Both the position numbers and the translations under genes were made by a program. Shown piece after piece: positions 52,302-64,000 of a stretch of DNA of 64,000 nucleotides. The notes below the pieces were generated by a model that saw nothing but the letters and a program-made list of their open reading frames with translations, was not told the DNA's origin and searched no databases. Each line of letters begins with the position of its first letter. Positions within the stretch are counted from its first letter, which is position 1. The stretch is from Octopus vulgaris (Eukaryota): assembly GCA_951406725.2 (NCBI GenBank), contig OX597816.1:22258001-22322000 (forward strand), given 5' to 3'.

Positions 52302-54195
52302 TCTTTATATATATAAAATTGAGAATCTGTGTCTGTCTGTCTATGTGTTTCCCTAAAACTTGAGAACTGCACAACCAATTTCATTCAAATTTTACACATG
52401 CCTTATTAGGGTCCATGTAGTTTCATGGGCAAAAAAATGTTCAACTTCATGCCTCGAGCGAGCCCACAGCAATATCATATCTTCTCCACTACGATTCCCT
52501 AAAACTTGAGAACTACACAACCAATTTCATTCAAATTTTACACATGCCTTATTAGGGTCCATGTAGTTTCATGGGCAAAAAAATGTTCAACTTCATGCCT
52601 CGAGCGAGCCCACAGCAATATCATACCTTCTCCACTACGATTCCCTAAAACTTGAGAACTACACAACCAATTTCATTCAAATTTTACACATGCCTTATTA
52701 GGGTCCATGTTGTTTCATGGGCAAAAAAATGTTCAACTTCATGCATCGAGCGAGCCCACAGCAATATCATACCTTCTCCACTACGATTCCCTAAAACTTG
52801 AGAACTACACAACCAATTTCATTCAAATTTTACACATGCCTTATTAGGGTCCATGTTGTTTCATGGGCAAAAAAATGTTCAACTTCATGCCTCGAGCGAG
52901 CTCACAGCAATATCATATCTTCTCCACTACGATTCCCTAAAACTTGAGAACTACACAACCAATTTCATTCAAATTTTACACATGCCTTATTAGGGTCCAT
53001 GTAGTTTCATGGGCAAAAAAATGTTCAACTTCATGCATCGAGCGAGCCCACAGCAATATCATACCTTCTCCACTACGATTCCCTAAAACTTGAGAACTAC
53101 ACAACCAATTTCATTCAAATTTTACACATGCCTTATTAGGGTCCATGTAGTTTCATGGGCAAAAAAAATGTTCAACTTCATGCCTCGAGCGAGCCCACAG
53201 CAATATCATACCTTCTCCACTACGATTCCCTAAAACTTGAGAACTACACAACCAATTTCATTCAAATTTTACACATGCCTTATTAGGGTCCATGTAGTTT
53301 CATGGGCAAAAAAAATGTTCAACTTCATGCCTCGAGCGAGCCCATAGCAATATCATATCTTCTCCACTATTTCAGTATTACGTGTTAAAAGTGAAACAAA
53401 AATATTTCTCTATTTTATGTGAGATGCTTTCACTTTAACAATAAGAATAATAATAACAATTGAATTATATAAGTAATAATTAAAATCAAACTAAAGTATA
53501 ATATAATCATAACATAACAAGTAAAAATAGCAATTGGTATAAAATTGCATCAATGATTTGAACTTGAATAAGTGGTTTCACATGAATGGGAATAAATTAA
53601 AAATAAAATTAATGTGTAGAAATGGAATAGCCCAGATGGATAATAAAAAATTAAATTAAAGAAAAGACTATTGTCTATAAAGTATACAATGTAGAGAAAA
53701 AATAAGATTTGAACATATGGAGGAAAGCACCTTCGAAAAGTGTCTTGGTGCGACTATGAAAGATATCTAACCAGAGGCGGTAAATTCGCCACAATAGAAG
53801 GAAGGTTCGAGTCAACGGAGCGTGCAAGGGAGTACTCGACAAGAACTTGCAAAGTGGAAATATTTTATTTTTACCTTTGTATCTGGGACGTAGGACGTCC
53901 CGGATAAAAATTTAAAATGTCCCCCCACCAGAAGTTGAGGTAGGCTGGGTTGTAGCCACACTTCTATACAAGATGGAGGACAAGATACATTTGATGGAAA
54001 TTGTAAGAGACGGGCTTACAATGCCAGTCTGTTATATATTTTGAGTATTGTTATCACTAGCGATATCAAGATATAACTTTGTATTTTATGTGTAGATGTA
54101 TATATATAGATGTACATGTAATATGTAGACATAAATATACACATATATACATGCACTAGCACTATGACCCGGCAACGACGGGTCCTTAATGCTAG
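52302..54195 (+). mobile_element. Non-autonomous Helitron-like element carrying a tandem array
   Basis: A|TCtttatatatataaaa..tgtctgtctgtc 5' end; 3' hairpin gacccg-gcaacga-cgggtc then CTAG|T; A/T insertion site; no TSD. Pairing these two ends is an inference. Confidence 0.75.
52351..53369. repeat. Tandem array, 7 units of 146-147 bp
   Basis: ccctaaaacttgagaact starts at 52351, 52497, 52643, 52789, 52935, 53081 and 53228; units differ at only a few positions. Confidence 0.97.
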
Positions 54196-54452
54196 TATTA
54201 TATAAAGCTTGCTATTTTCAACGGATGAGACATATGAAATGCCGTTGGCGTCACTTTATGCAATTAAACAAACGGTGTATCGAGTGAGCAATAAAAGTAC
54301 GAAGAATGCTTGGAAAAGATCATGCGAAAAAATAAAGGAGGAACAAGAATTCTTCAGAAAATTGACGGGTTTCCACAATAGACAGGGACGGACAAAATAC
54401 TAACAGATGGCGATGATATTAAAGAAAAAATAGTTACCAAGAACTCTTAATA

Positions 54453-54506
<54 letters not shown>

Positions 54507-54724
54507 GTATATCCTGAAAACTCACAAAGGATTTCAATAAATGCATTTGAATGCCTCAGATTATAGGAAGATTATATCTGAAACCAAATGAATAATATAG
54601 ACAAACAAATGCTAATTTCAGATTCGTGCTGAGAAAAACTGGATAAGCCTTCAATTTTTGCAATATAATATATATATAAGATTATTGGAAAAAGATTATT
54701 TCTAAAGATATATATATATATATA

Positions 54725-55114
54725 CTAGCAGTATCGCCCGGCGTTGCTCGGGTTTGTAACGGAAATAACTATAAAGCATTTTACAGAGTTATAGCCAAAA
54801 AATAGCAAAAAATGCATTAAAAATGGAAAAAAAATTAAGGTAATTTTTTTTTTAAATCGTTGACTCATTGTAGACATTTTTACAGAGTTACTTCCCTTTA
54901 TTTAAAAAATATGCGTTAAAATGGAAAAAATTATGGTAAATTATATTTAAAATCGTAGACTCATCGTAGACGCGCGCAAATAACCAGAAGGGCTCGATAT
55001 GAATCACGACTATAAGATACCCGGTTTTGCTTAAACTGCATCGCAAAATGTGGTAGTAGTTAGGAATCTAAATCGGAGTAGACAGACACACAACCTTTCT
55101 TTTATATATAAAGA
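54725..55114 (-). mobile_element. Short non-autonomous Helitron-like element in (TA)n
   Basis: Minus strand: A|TCtttatatataaaag..tgtgtgtctgtc ... cccgagcaacgccggg-cgatactg-CTAG|T; internal ~115-bp duplicated subunit. Confidence 0.82.
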
Positions 55115-55657
55115 TATATATAGATAAAAACAAATCAGTTCAGTGATAAGGAGTAAAAGCAATATTTCAAAATTCCCCATATATAATACATCTCATTTCA
55201 TATATACTGTATTTGATATATGTTGTTTTCCTACCAAAGTTAGAACAAGATATGTCTAATATACATAAATAAATTATGACGTATCACACAGTCACCTTCG
55301 GTACGTTATTCTATCATTTTGATGTCTAATTTTGTAAAGTTTGCCGCCCAAAATAATAAAACCAAATGATTTCTGATTCTTTGGTATCATTTAAAAATGT
55401 TTTATTATTATGGTATTTTCAAGTCTCCTCACGCACATACTAGAATTGTGTAGGCATTAGAATTGCAAAGTCGATTTGTTCTGTAAAAGACAAAACCAAA
55501 AAAAGAATTGTGATAAAATAAATATGAATCAGTAAAATTATACAATGACCTCTTCAGATATTACATTTATACTTACTACTTGCAGGTTTCGGAACTCCTA
55601 TAAAACTTTAGCTACACACACACACACACATACACACACGCATACGCATGTGTGTGA

Positions 55658-55713
<56 letters not shown>

Positions 55714-55830
55714 CAAGCATGTAAGCCTACATGTATATATATCAGTGTTTATATATGCAAACGTGTATGAGCACATGTATATATATGCATGTATGTATAT
55801 ATATATATATATATTTCATATACATGTATA

Positions 55831-56066
55831 GGGGCAGGAGTGGCTGTGTGGTAAGTACCTTGCTTAGCAACCACATGGTTCCGGGTTCAGTCGCACTGCA
55901 TAGCGCCTTGGGCAAGTGACTTCTACTATAGCTTCGCGCCGACCAAAACCCGATTGAATAAGTACTAGGCTTACAAAGAATAAGTCCTGGGGTCGATTTG
56001 CTCGACTAAAAGACAGTGCTCGAGCATGGCCGTGCTCAAATGACTGAAGCAAGTAAAAGAATAAAA
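55831..56066 (+). mobile_element. SINE-A with central deletion (linker lost)
   Basis: Left arm ...gaccaaaacc is joined directly to cgattgaataagtactagg of the right arm. Confidence 0.85.
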
Positions 56067-56784
56067 TAGTGTATGTATGCAGAGATAGATAGATAGATAG
56101 ATAGATAAATAAATAGAAAGATAGATAATGTCGTTTATAAGAAAAACCAACTATATGTATGTTTCTGTATATGTGTGTGTACGTGAGTGGATGCATGTAT
56201 ACACAGATTTGTACATTCATATATATATATCCGTTTGCGTGAAGGTGCATATATGACATTAAACATATTCTTGCATACACCTATATATGTTTTTATACAA
56301 ACAGGTAAGCAAATAAGTAAAGCATTTCTCTTTTACCTGACTGTTTTAATATATATGTACAGGGGAAATATTTTGTACAATTACCAATACTTCAAGTTTA
56401 AGAAATTCATAAATATTTAGCAATAACATATATTTTCCTTGTTTATTTCGCATGGACATACATTATGTCAATCTGTAATGGCTGGCAAACGTTTTCCTAT
56501 ACTGAAATATTTTGTTTGTGAATACTATACAGCAAACAATTCTATCTTTAATTTGACACACATCTCATTGTGAAAATTTATGGAACTGTTGAACTTTCCT
56601 ACTATGTTTAGTTTTTAGAATGCTTTTTAAGAATAATACTACGAAATAAATCAAATTTTATGTCTCTATCAAACCTCACATTTTACCATGAATATTTTGA
56701 TTTATAATTCACATTTTTATTTTCTCATTACAGATTTCCTCTTGCAAAATTCTATAAAAGTTCCTCTTCTTCCATTCAATAAGC

Positions 56785-56859
<75 letters not shown>

Positions 56860-57045
56860 GGAGGAGTGTCTGTGTGTTTATATATAAATATACATATAGC
56901 GAGCGTCAGTGTGTTTGCATATATATATAAACACATGTATATATAAATATGTACATATATATATATATATTAAACACACACAAAAGTAAAATTATAAATA
57001 TATATCCAAGCATCAAAAGACATATACTCACACACATATACATAC

Positions 57046-57139
<94 letters not shown>

Positions 57140-57251
57140 TTAAGCTTTAAGCATATATATAAAATATATATGTACATATATAGAAAAGAATATACATTTA
57201 GCCGAACATACAAATACACACATATATGCTAAATGTGTGTGTGTGTTTATA

Positions 57252-57302
<51 letters not shown>

Positions 57303-57618
57303 TAATGGTGAGTTACTTGTAAATTACATAATATTACGACTTACTTCTCGGAGTCATTATTGTAACGTAATTGATGTTTGACTATGAAATACATGATTTT
57401 ATGAACAAAGATTGACAGTGCCTCTTATTTTATCAGGTACATTTACTAAAGTCATGTCTCACACTTAATCTATTATATCTAATGATCAATGTGTAGTTGA
57501 CTTGTGTAAATCGTTCGCGTGATTCAAATTTTGTCATAGTAATAACACCACCTTTGAAAAGTATTGGAAATTTTTTTTATGGAATTTCATCTGTGAATAT
57601 GTTGTTTATATTAAGTTC

Positions 57619-57699
<81 letters not shown>

Positions 57700-57970
57700 A
57701 AGAAAGACTAAGAAATGTAGATGGGGAGAGGGGACAAAGAACACGTAATGCAATCAGTACACAATCGAAGAATATATATCTAAATATATGTCCGAGAAAA
57801 TTCTTTAATGAGATTACAAATCTTACTTGAAAAAAGGATCTGCCAAATAATTTAAATATCTATTTAGACGAGATAAATGAAATTTATAGATGTTTTTCAT
57901 CTAAGGAGACACATATATATATTTATATATATACACATATATAAACACACATGCACACACACATATCTAC

Positions 57971-58050
<80 letters not shown>
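56785..58050. repeat. Dense (TA)n/(TG)n/(GA)n microsatellite cluster
   Basis: Several long (TA)n tracts, e.g. 57057-57119, 57258-57300, 57978-58047. Confidence 0.9.
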
Positions 58051-58054
<4 letters not shown>

Positions 58055-58381
58055 AAGGCATAAATATATTTGTCTACATAGAGAGAGAAGGAGTGAGACA
58101 AAGACAGAGCAAGATGTATGTTGGGTGAGCAGGTGAGAGGTGCGGTTTTATTTACTTTTTGCGTGTGTGTAATATTTCAAAACCTGGCGTTCAAACCTAC
58201 GATCAGAGTTGTATATTATATATATATAATCAATGTAAGCAACAAGGATATCCAGAGGTAATGCAGTGCGATCGTTTCATGCAACTCCATTTAATTGAAC
58301 AATGCAATCATTACATGAATTTAAATGCAGTGCAATCCTCAAAAGACACAGAATTTAATTAAAACAGATAGACACATTATT

Positions 58382-58606
58382 CTTTACTCCCTTTTACTCT
58401 GTTACTTGTTTCAGTCATTTGACTGCGGCCATGCTGGAGCACCGCCTTTAATCGAGCAAATCGACCCCGGGACTTATTCTTTTTTAAGCCCTGTACTTAT
58501 TCTATCGGTTTCTTTTGCCGAATCGCTAAGTGACGGAGACGTAAGCACACCAGCATCGGTTGTCAAGCAATGCTAGGGGGACAAACACAGACACACAAAC
58601 TCACAC

Positions 58607-58678
<72 letters not shown>

Positions 58679-58843
58679 TACGACAGGCTTCTTTCAGTTT
58701 CCGTCTACTAAATCCATTCACAAGGCTTTGGTTGGCCCGAGGCTATAGCAGAAGACACTTGCCCAAGATGCCACGCAGTGGGACTGAACCCGGAACCATG
58801 TGGTTGGTTAGCAAGCTACTTACCACACAGCCACTCCTGCGCC
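58382..58843 (-). mobile_element. SINE-A full copy
   Basis: Both arms; long (TA)n linker. Confidence 0.92.
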
Positions 58844-60149
58844 TATAGTATAATTTTACCTAAACTTACCAAGAAGTTAAGGAGATAGACAAAGAACATG
58901 CTGTCTTCACTTCAGCATAGAAGCTACAAAGGTATCAGGAAGAAATACTTGTTACAGATTTTGCTTTGTCACTGTTTTATGGCTTCACTTTTAATTTATA
59001 GACTAGTTTATCAAATCTTTGTATATCCAAGGCCAACAGAACGAGGAGTAGTGCCTGCTAGGAAGGGGGATGAGGGAGTCGACAGAAATCATAGTGGGTA
59101 TAGTCATAAAACTATCAAGATTTATATATATTTGAAGCAATATAATGAGATTTGGTAAAGGAAATCTTAAATCAAAATGCTAGCTGACAATTAAAGGGGT
59201 AGATCATTCATAAGGAAACAAGGGACTATAGCAAAATATTTTAAACAATATTTTCATATGGTATAAAGTTAAAGTTTAGGATTATTCAGAAGATTATTAA
59301 GAAGAATATTATAAGAAAAAGATAAAAAAGTGTTTTAATACATTTGAACATATGCCAAACTTTTAACTACAATAGAAGGAGGAAAAGAAATTATCTAGAA
59401 ATAGTTTAATATTTATACATATTATATCCTTAAATACTAACTTATCGGATGGTATCTGAAGTTTGATCAACTGTTATTTACTGGTATTTAATAAAGGCGT
59501 ACTGAGGTAAAAGAATATGCCAACTATATATTAATTAAATTATAAGCTAAACAGTTTCTTTTAAATAGTGAATATACCAGTATTGTTTTATATAAGCTAA
59601 GTATAAATTTATAGGGGTATAAAAATTAGATTTATTTTATAAATAAAGGCTATTATAAAATAATAAAATGATCAGGTAGAACACCATAGAAAAGGAATAG
59701 CATAATCACTAAAAACATGATAAAGTCTATATACCTTATTAACATCAATAGAGAAGATTTATAGATAACGTATAATAATTTAAGTATACTAAACTAAAAA
59801 TCATTTATATACTTAGTTAGCTAGTGTCAATAAAGACTGAAACCTCGTATTAGCTAAAGGAATATTGATGTTATAGGACATTCTAATTATATACTAATTT
59901 AAAACTAAGAGGTATTTTAGAAGTTATTATTGTTACTCCATACATGATATATATAGTTTCCTCGGGATACTTAATTAGAAGGGCTACTTATATAAAGGCC
60001 CTTATACATGTTAAGGTCAGGAGAATAGAGTACTTTAAGAAAAGGATAAATTAAGTAATTTCTAAAGACCATTTCAAACAATATTGCCATATTGTATAAG
60101 GTTAAAATTAAGGGTAGTCAATATAATTTACGTATACATACATATGCAG

Positions 60150-60725
60150 TACTGTTGCTCACTGTAGTCACCCCATACGAAACAACTCATTATGAATGTA
60201 GAGGCGTTCCAGAGGTACAAAACAAGAAAGATAGACGATGTGAGAGGCATTGTCTATTGGGGTCGACTAAAAATCTCATTCTATTCTCCCTACAACGCCG
60301 CCGGGAGCGCTACATCATTTGTGTGATGTGGAAAATATTACATCAATATTGCACAAATGATGTTGGCATCAATTTTATAACCCATTCAAGACTTAGCCCC
60401 CGCGTTATCCGCCCACTTCAAAAATCGAACTCGATACACATAGCAACATTACGTCTCAATTATTTAACCTCAACCGGTCCAGCTCACTTTAATACCATAC
60501 CAAAATACGTCAAAACGGAAATGGATCCCTTAAATTTCACTGGAGAAATATTTTCAAAAAGTCCCAAAGTCATGAACCAACCTCCTACACCCGGATATAT
60601 CTCTAACAATAAGAACTATTTGTTAGAGTGTGCTATGGTACCCCATATATGGCTAAAAGACTTTACCAGGTGGTGCTATTGAGTAAGACATTTGGCTTAT
60701 ACACGCCAAAAGTTATCAAAGTTAT
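60150..60725 (+). mobile_element. CR1-group LINE 3' fragment
   Basis: FSLQRRRERYIICVMWKILHQYCTNDVGINF..HSRL.PR...STGPAHFNTIPKYVKTEMDP...PPTPGY..NNKNYLLE; homologous to 9340-9900. Confidence 0.82.
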
Positions 60726-61467
60726 ATGGAAATATGCAATAATATATATGTAATATATATTACGCATATAATTTATGCAATATTTTATGTTTTATGTAGG
60801 AATACATAGTTTATTACAATATATATGTGTATGTGTGTGTACGTGTGTGTATTACAATATATGTTTGTAGTATTACACGTGAGTTGTGTATATTACACAC
60901 GCACACATATATATGAGTGTATGTAATATAAGTAACTTTATGAAGTATTTAATATTTAAATATATATCCTAAAATTGCATTGTATTAAAATAGACATTTC
61001 TAACATTGCACCATCGCACGCCCATACTGATTCATACATCCATATACACATATAAGTATCAGCTTGAATTTATGACTGTTTCACTATATATTGTTTTGTG
61101 TGTTTCCGATGTGTATGTGGGTAATTGCTTACTTATTCAGAACTACAGAAGATATATAAGATAAAATTATTTTCCTCTGTCTCTACGTATATATATATAT
61201 AGATAGAATATCTTATTTATAGAAACTGTGGTTTATTTTTCCTTCTGTAATTAAATCTTGAGTAGTATTTACGATTCTTTGAACTCCAAACTTAATAAAA
61301 GCATTTAAATATAGCAAATATAATGCTAATGAGTTTCTCAAAACACGGTATGGATTATAGATATGGCACGTTGTTGTCGGTCTGTCTCCAGAAATCTCCT
61401 CTCACTTTTACTCATTTGTTGTACAAAAACAGCGGAAACAATACACCCACACAATCATATATATATA

Positions 61468-61498
<31 letters not shown>

Positions 61499-61679
61499 GT
61501 ATACTCACACACACATAAAAACATATATATATATATATATATATATACATACTCATATATCTATATATGTATTTAGAGAGAGAGAGATTTGTACATAGAC
61601 TTATGTACATGTATAGATGTGTCTGCGTGTGTATTTGTGTGTAGATGTACATGTATATATACATATATGTATAAACGTA

Positions 61680-61909
61680 GGCGGTGAGCTGGCAGAACCG
61701 TTAGTACGCCGGGCGAAATGCTTAGCTGCATTTCGTCTGTCGTTACATACTGAGTTCAAATTCCGCCGAGGTCGACTTTGCCTTTAATCCTTTCAGGGTC
61801 GATATCTAAAGTGCCAGTTTCGCACTGGGGTCGATATAATCGACTTAATCCCTTTGTTTGTCCTTGTTTGTCCCCTCTATGTTTAGCCCCTCGTGGGCAG
61901 TAAAGAAAT
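61680..61909 (+). mobile_element. SINE-B full copy
   Basis: Same head, core and tail as the other copies; TSD-like atatgtataaacgt / atatgtatacacgt. Confidence 0.9.
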
Positions 61910-62104
61910 ATATATGTATACACGTGCCGTATAGCAGATCATTACTGTTGAAATTACTATACTATGTTACAAAATTCATTCAAACGCTATATACTTAGAA
62001 AGGACTATGTCCTCTCTGAATTTGCGAACAGTGAAGTATAGACGATCGTCTTACCTCTCAGAGAGAGAGAGAGAGAGGGTTTATATATATATATATATAT
62101 CCTC

Positions 62105-62465
62105 TTGGGTTGGCAACAAATTTCCCGCCGTTTTTTAAATCTTGGAATTTATTGTTTTTAAATTTTGGAATCTATTTTTTCTAGTTAATTTTAGTTAATT
62201 TTTGTTTATTTTCAGATCATTAAAAAATAATGTCAAGTTAAGAAAAATGAGCATTTTCGACACCTCCTTCTTTTTGCTTTTAATCAAGGTTCTAAGGCCG
62301 CAAAAGCTGCTCACGACATTTGTGCTGTGCATGGAGAGGGTGCTATAGTTGAAAGAACCGCTCGTGACTGGTATGCCAAGTTCATAAATGGAAATTTTGA
62401 CCTCAAAGAGCCACCTCGTTCTGGCTGTCCAGTTGAGATCGATGAAGAGCGATTAAACCAACTTA
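62105..62465 (+). mobile_element. Mariner (mellifera-like) 5' fragment
   Basis: TIR ttgggttggcaacaaatttcccgccg; EHFRHLLLFAFNQGSKAAKAAHDICAVHGEGAIVERTARDWYAKF.NGNFDLKE.PRSG.PVEIDEERL (HTH region). Confidence 0.9.
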
Positions 62466-63329
62466 ATGACACCGAAATGGCTAATTACAATTTCTGACAA
62501 GAGGTGTTTCGTATCTAATTTTCCTTTACCGTTATTTATTTTCCCATAACAATTTCTTTTGACTTTTTTCATTTTTGGAGCGTGCAGTATCGTTTATCGC
62601 TTGGGTATACGTTTTCTCCTCGACTGAATTTATTGTACTTTCTTCCTCTCTGTCTATTTATTCTTATCCTGCATTTTCTTTCTTGTCTATTGCTAGTTCT
62701 CTATCTAGCTCTCCCTCGCTTTCCCTCTTTCTCTCTATTTCCCTTTTTCTCTATCCCCTTTCTCTCTTTATCGTACCCCTCTCTATTTCAATCTTTTTGT
62801 GCCTCTTCAGTATCTTTTCATTCTTCCAATTCCTTATATGGATGCTGACGTTGTTGGATTTATTCTCTCTTCACATTTCAACAAGCGCCTTTCTATCGCT
62901 GAACTTTCTCTAATCCAGACATTATAAACTCACGGTTTCATTAGAACTAAGCCAAAAACTCATTTTATATTGCTTATTGTTGCCTCTTCCCTACTTTATT
63001 ACTTTGTCTTTTCTGTCTTATTATCTGACCGAATTGACTCATATTCTTTTGTTCCTTTCTTTCTATATATCTTTTTTCACCTCTTTCTTACACTTTACTC
63101 ACACCTAACTATAACTCAGACCAAAGTTACATTCTATTTCTCCCCTGGTGCTTACTTCCTCTCTGTATGGCCTTTTCAGTGCCAAAATGTAAAGCTAGGA
63201 ACATCGTCTTTTCCGTTTACAGTATTGCATGTAACACTTTTGCCTTTGTTTTGGTTTTTTTCTGATGTTACTCTCAAGCTTCTAAGTCACTTCATCTTTA
63301 CAGCCATTATACTAAATTTATCTTCAATC

Positions 63330-64000
63330 GATAAGAAGAAAGCAGAGGAAGCTTTACAAAAGATGAACGGTGAAGTGCAAAACATCAAGTCAGGAATGCC
63401 TGTTGAGAAGAATAAAAAGTTCAAGCCTTCAAACGAATCAAATGCTAAACATTTCAATACAAAGTACCAACTGTTGAAAAAGGTCTATGGTACACAAGAG
63501 TAATTTTTTGCTCTTGTTAAGGCCAAAGATGGATATAAGATCTGAAAGCAGTTAAATGAAATACAAGCTTGAGGGGAACACTATAGTGAGATTTTGAACA
63601 GGATAAGAGAGATTGGTGAAGCTGTGTCAGACCATAGTGGGCAGCTTTTATTAAAAGTGTGTTTCAATAAAGCTCCACATAAGGAAGAAATCAAAAAGCC
63701 ACATCGAAAATGAACAATGGGACATCACCAGGTATGGATGAAATACCTGCAGAGTTATTGAAATGTGGGTGAGATAAGCTGTATATTATGCTGTAAGAGG
63801 TTATTTCTCAGGTATGGGACCCCTGAATGAATTTAAGTCGGGTGAGATGCTTTTTCGGTAACCTGTTTAAGGAAGGGGAGAAATATGAGTGCTAAAACTG
63901 GTGCGGCATGTTGCTGTTCCTTATAGTAAGCAAAGTTTTATTAAGAGTTCTACTGAACAGATTATTTTCCTCGGTGTTAAATGATAATCTTCTGGATGCA
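63330..64000 (+). mobile_element. Decayed RTE-clade LINE ORF2 (pre-RT and RT N-terminus), runs off window
   Basis: LLKKVYG...GEHYSEILNR...PHKEEIKKA..MNNGTSPGMDEIPAELLKCG...LFKEGEKYEC*NWCGMLL...SKVLLRVLLNRL. Confidence 0.82.

Noticed and set aside
52351-53369. CRISPR-like regular array
   Set aside because: Units are fully repeated with no unique spacers, there are no cas genes, and the context is eukaryotic.
55545-55605. Possible type II hammerhead on the minus strand (GAAA...CUGAAGA); similar weak case at 31400-31450
   Set aside because: Stems are only 1-3 bp; compatible with chance in AT-rich DNA.
62575-63330. Hydrophobic 'membrane protein' ORFs 62575..62913 and 62970..63503
   Set aside because: A pyrimidine-rich low-complexity tract gives F/L/S-rich translations; only the distal end belongs to the RTE relic.

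Overview
AT-rich eukaryotic (animal) non-coding DNA, most likely cephalopod (Octopus-like; inferred from my recollection of the SINE families and the extreme (TA)n/(CA)n/(TAGA)n load, not from a search). I find no supportable host protein-coding exon, rRNA, true tRNA or CRISPR array; nearly all listed ORFs are microsatellite or SINE artefacts. The window is a transposon graveyard. It holds about 35 copies or fragments of four tRNA-headed SINE groups (window-local names SINE-A, B/B', C, D), five decayed Tc1/mariner relics, CR1-like, RTE-like, R4/Dong-like and probable L1/Tx1-like LINE fragments, and two non-autonomous Helitron-like elements. The most notable structures are: a near-homogeneous 7 x 146-147 bp tandem array inside a Helitron whose 3' end is a two-way palindrome; a fold-back element built from two DD41D transposon right ends; a stack of R4/Dong 3' ends separated by (TAA)n; Penelope-type minimal hammerhead-like motifs; a triple-nested SINE; a SINE-arm triplication; and a ~385-bp inverted duplication. 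None of these is demonstrably a new biological system. They are leads for testing.
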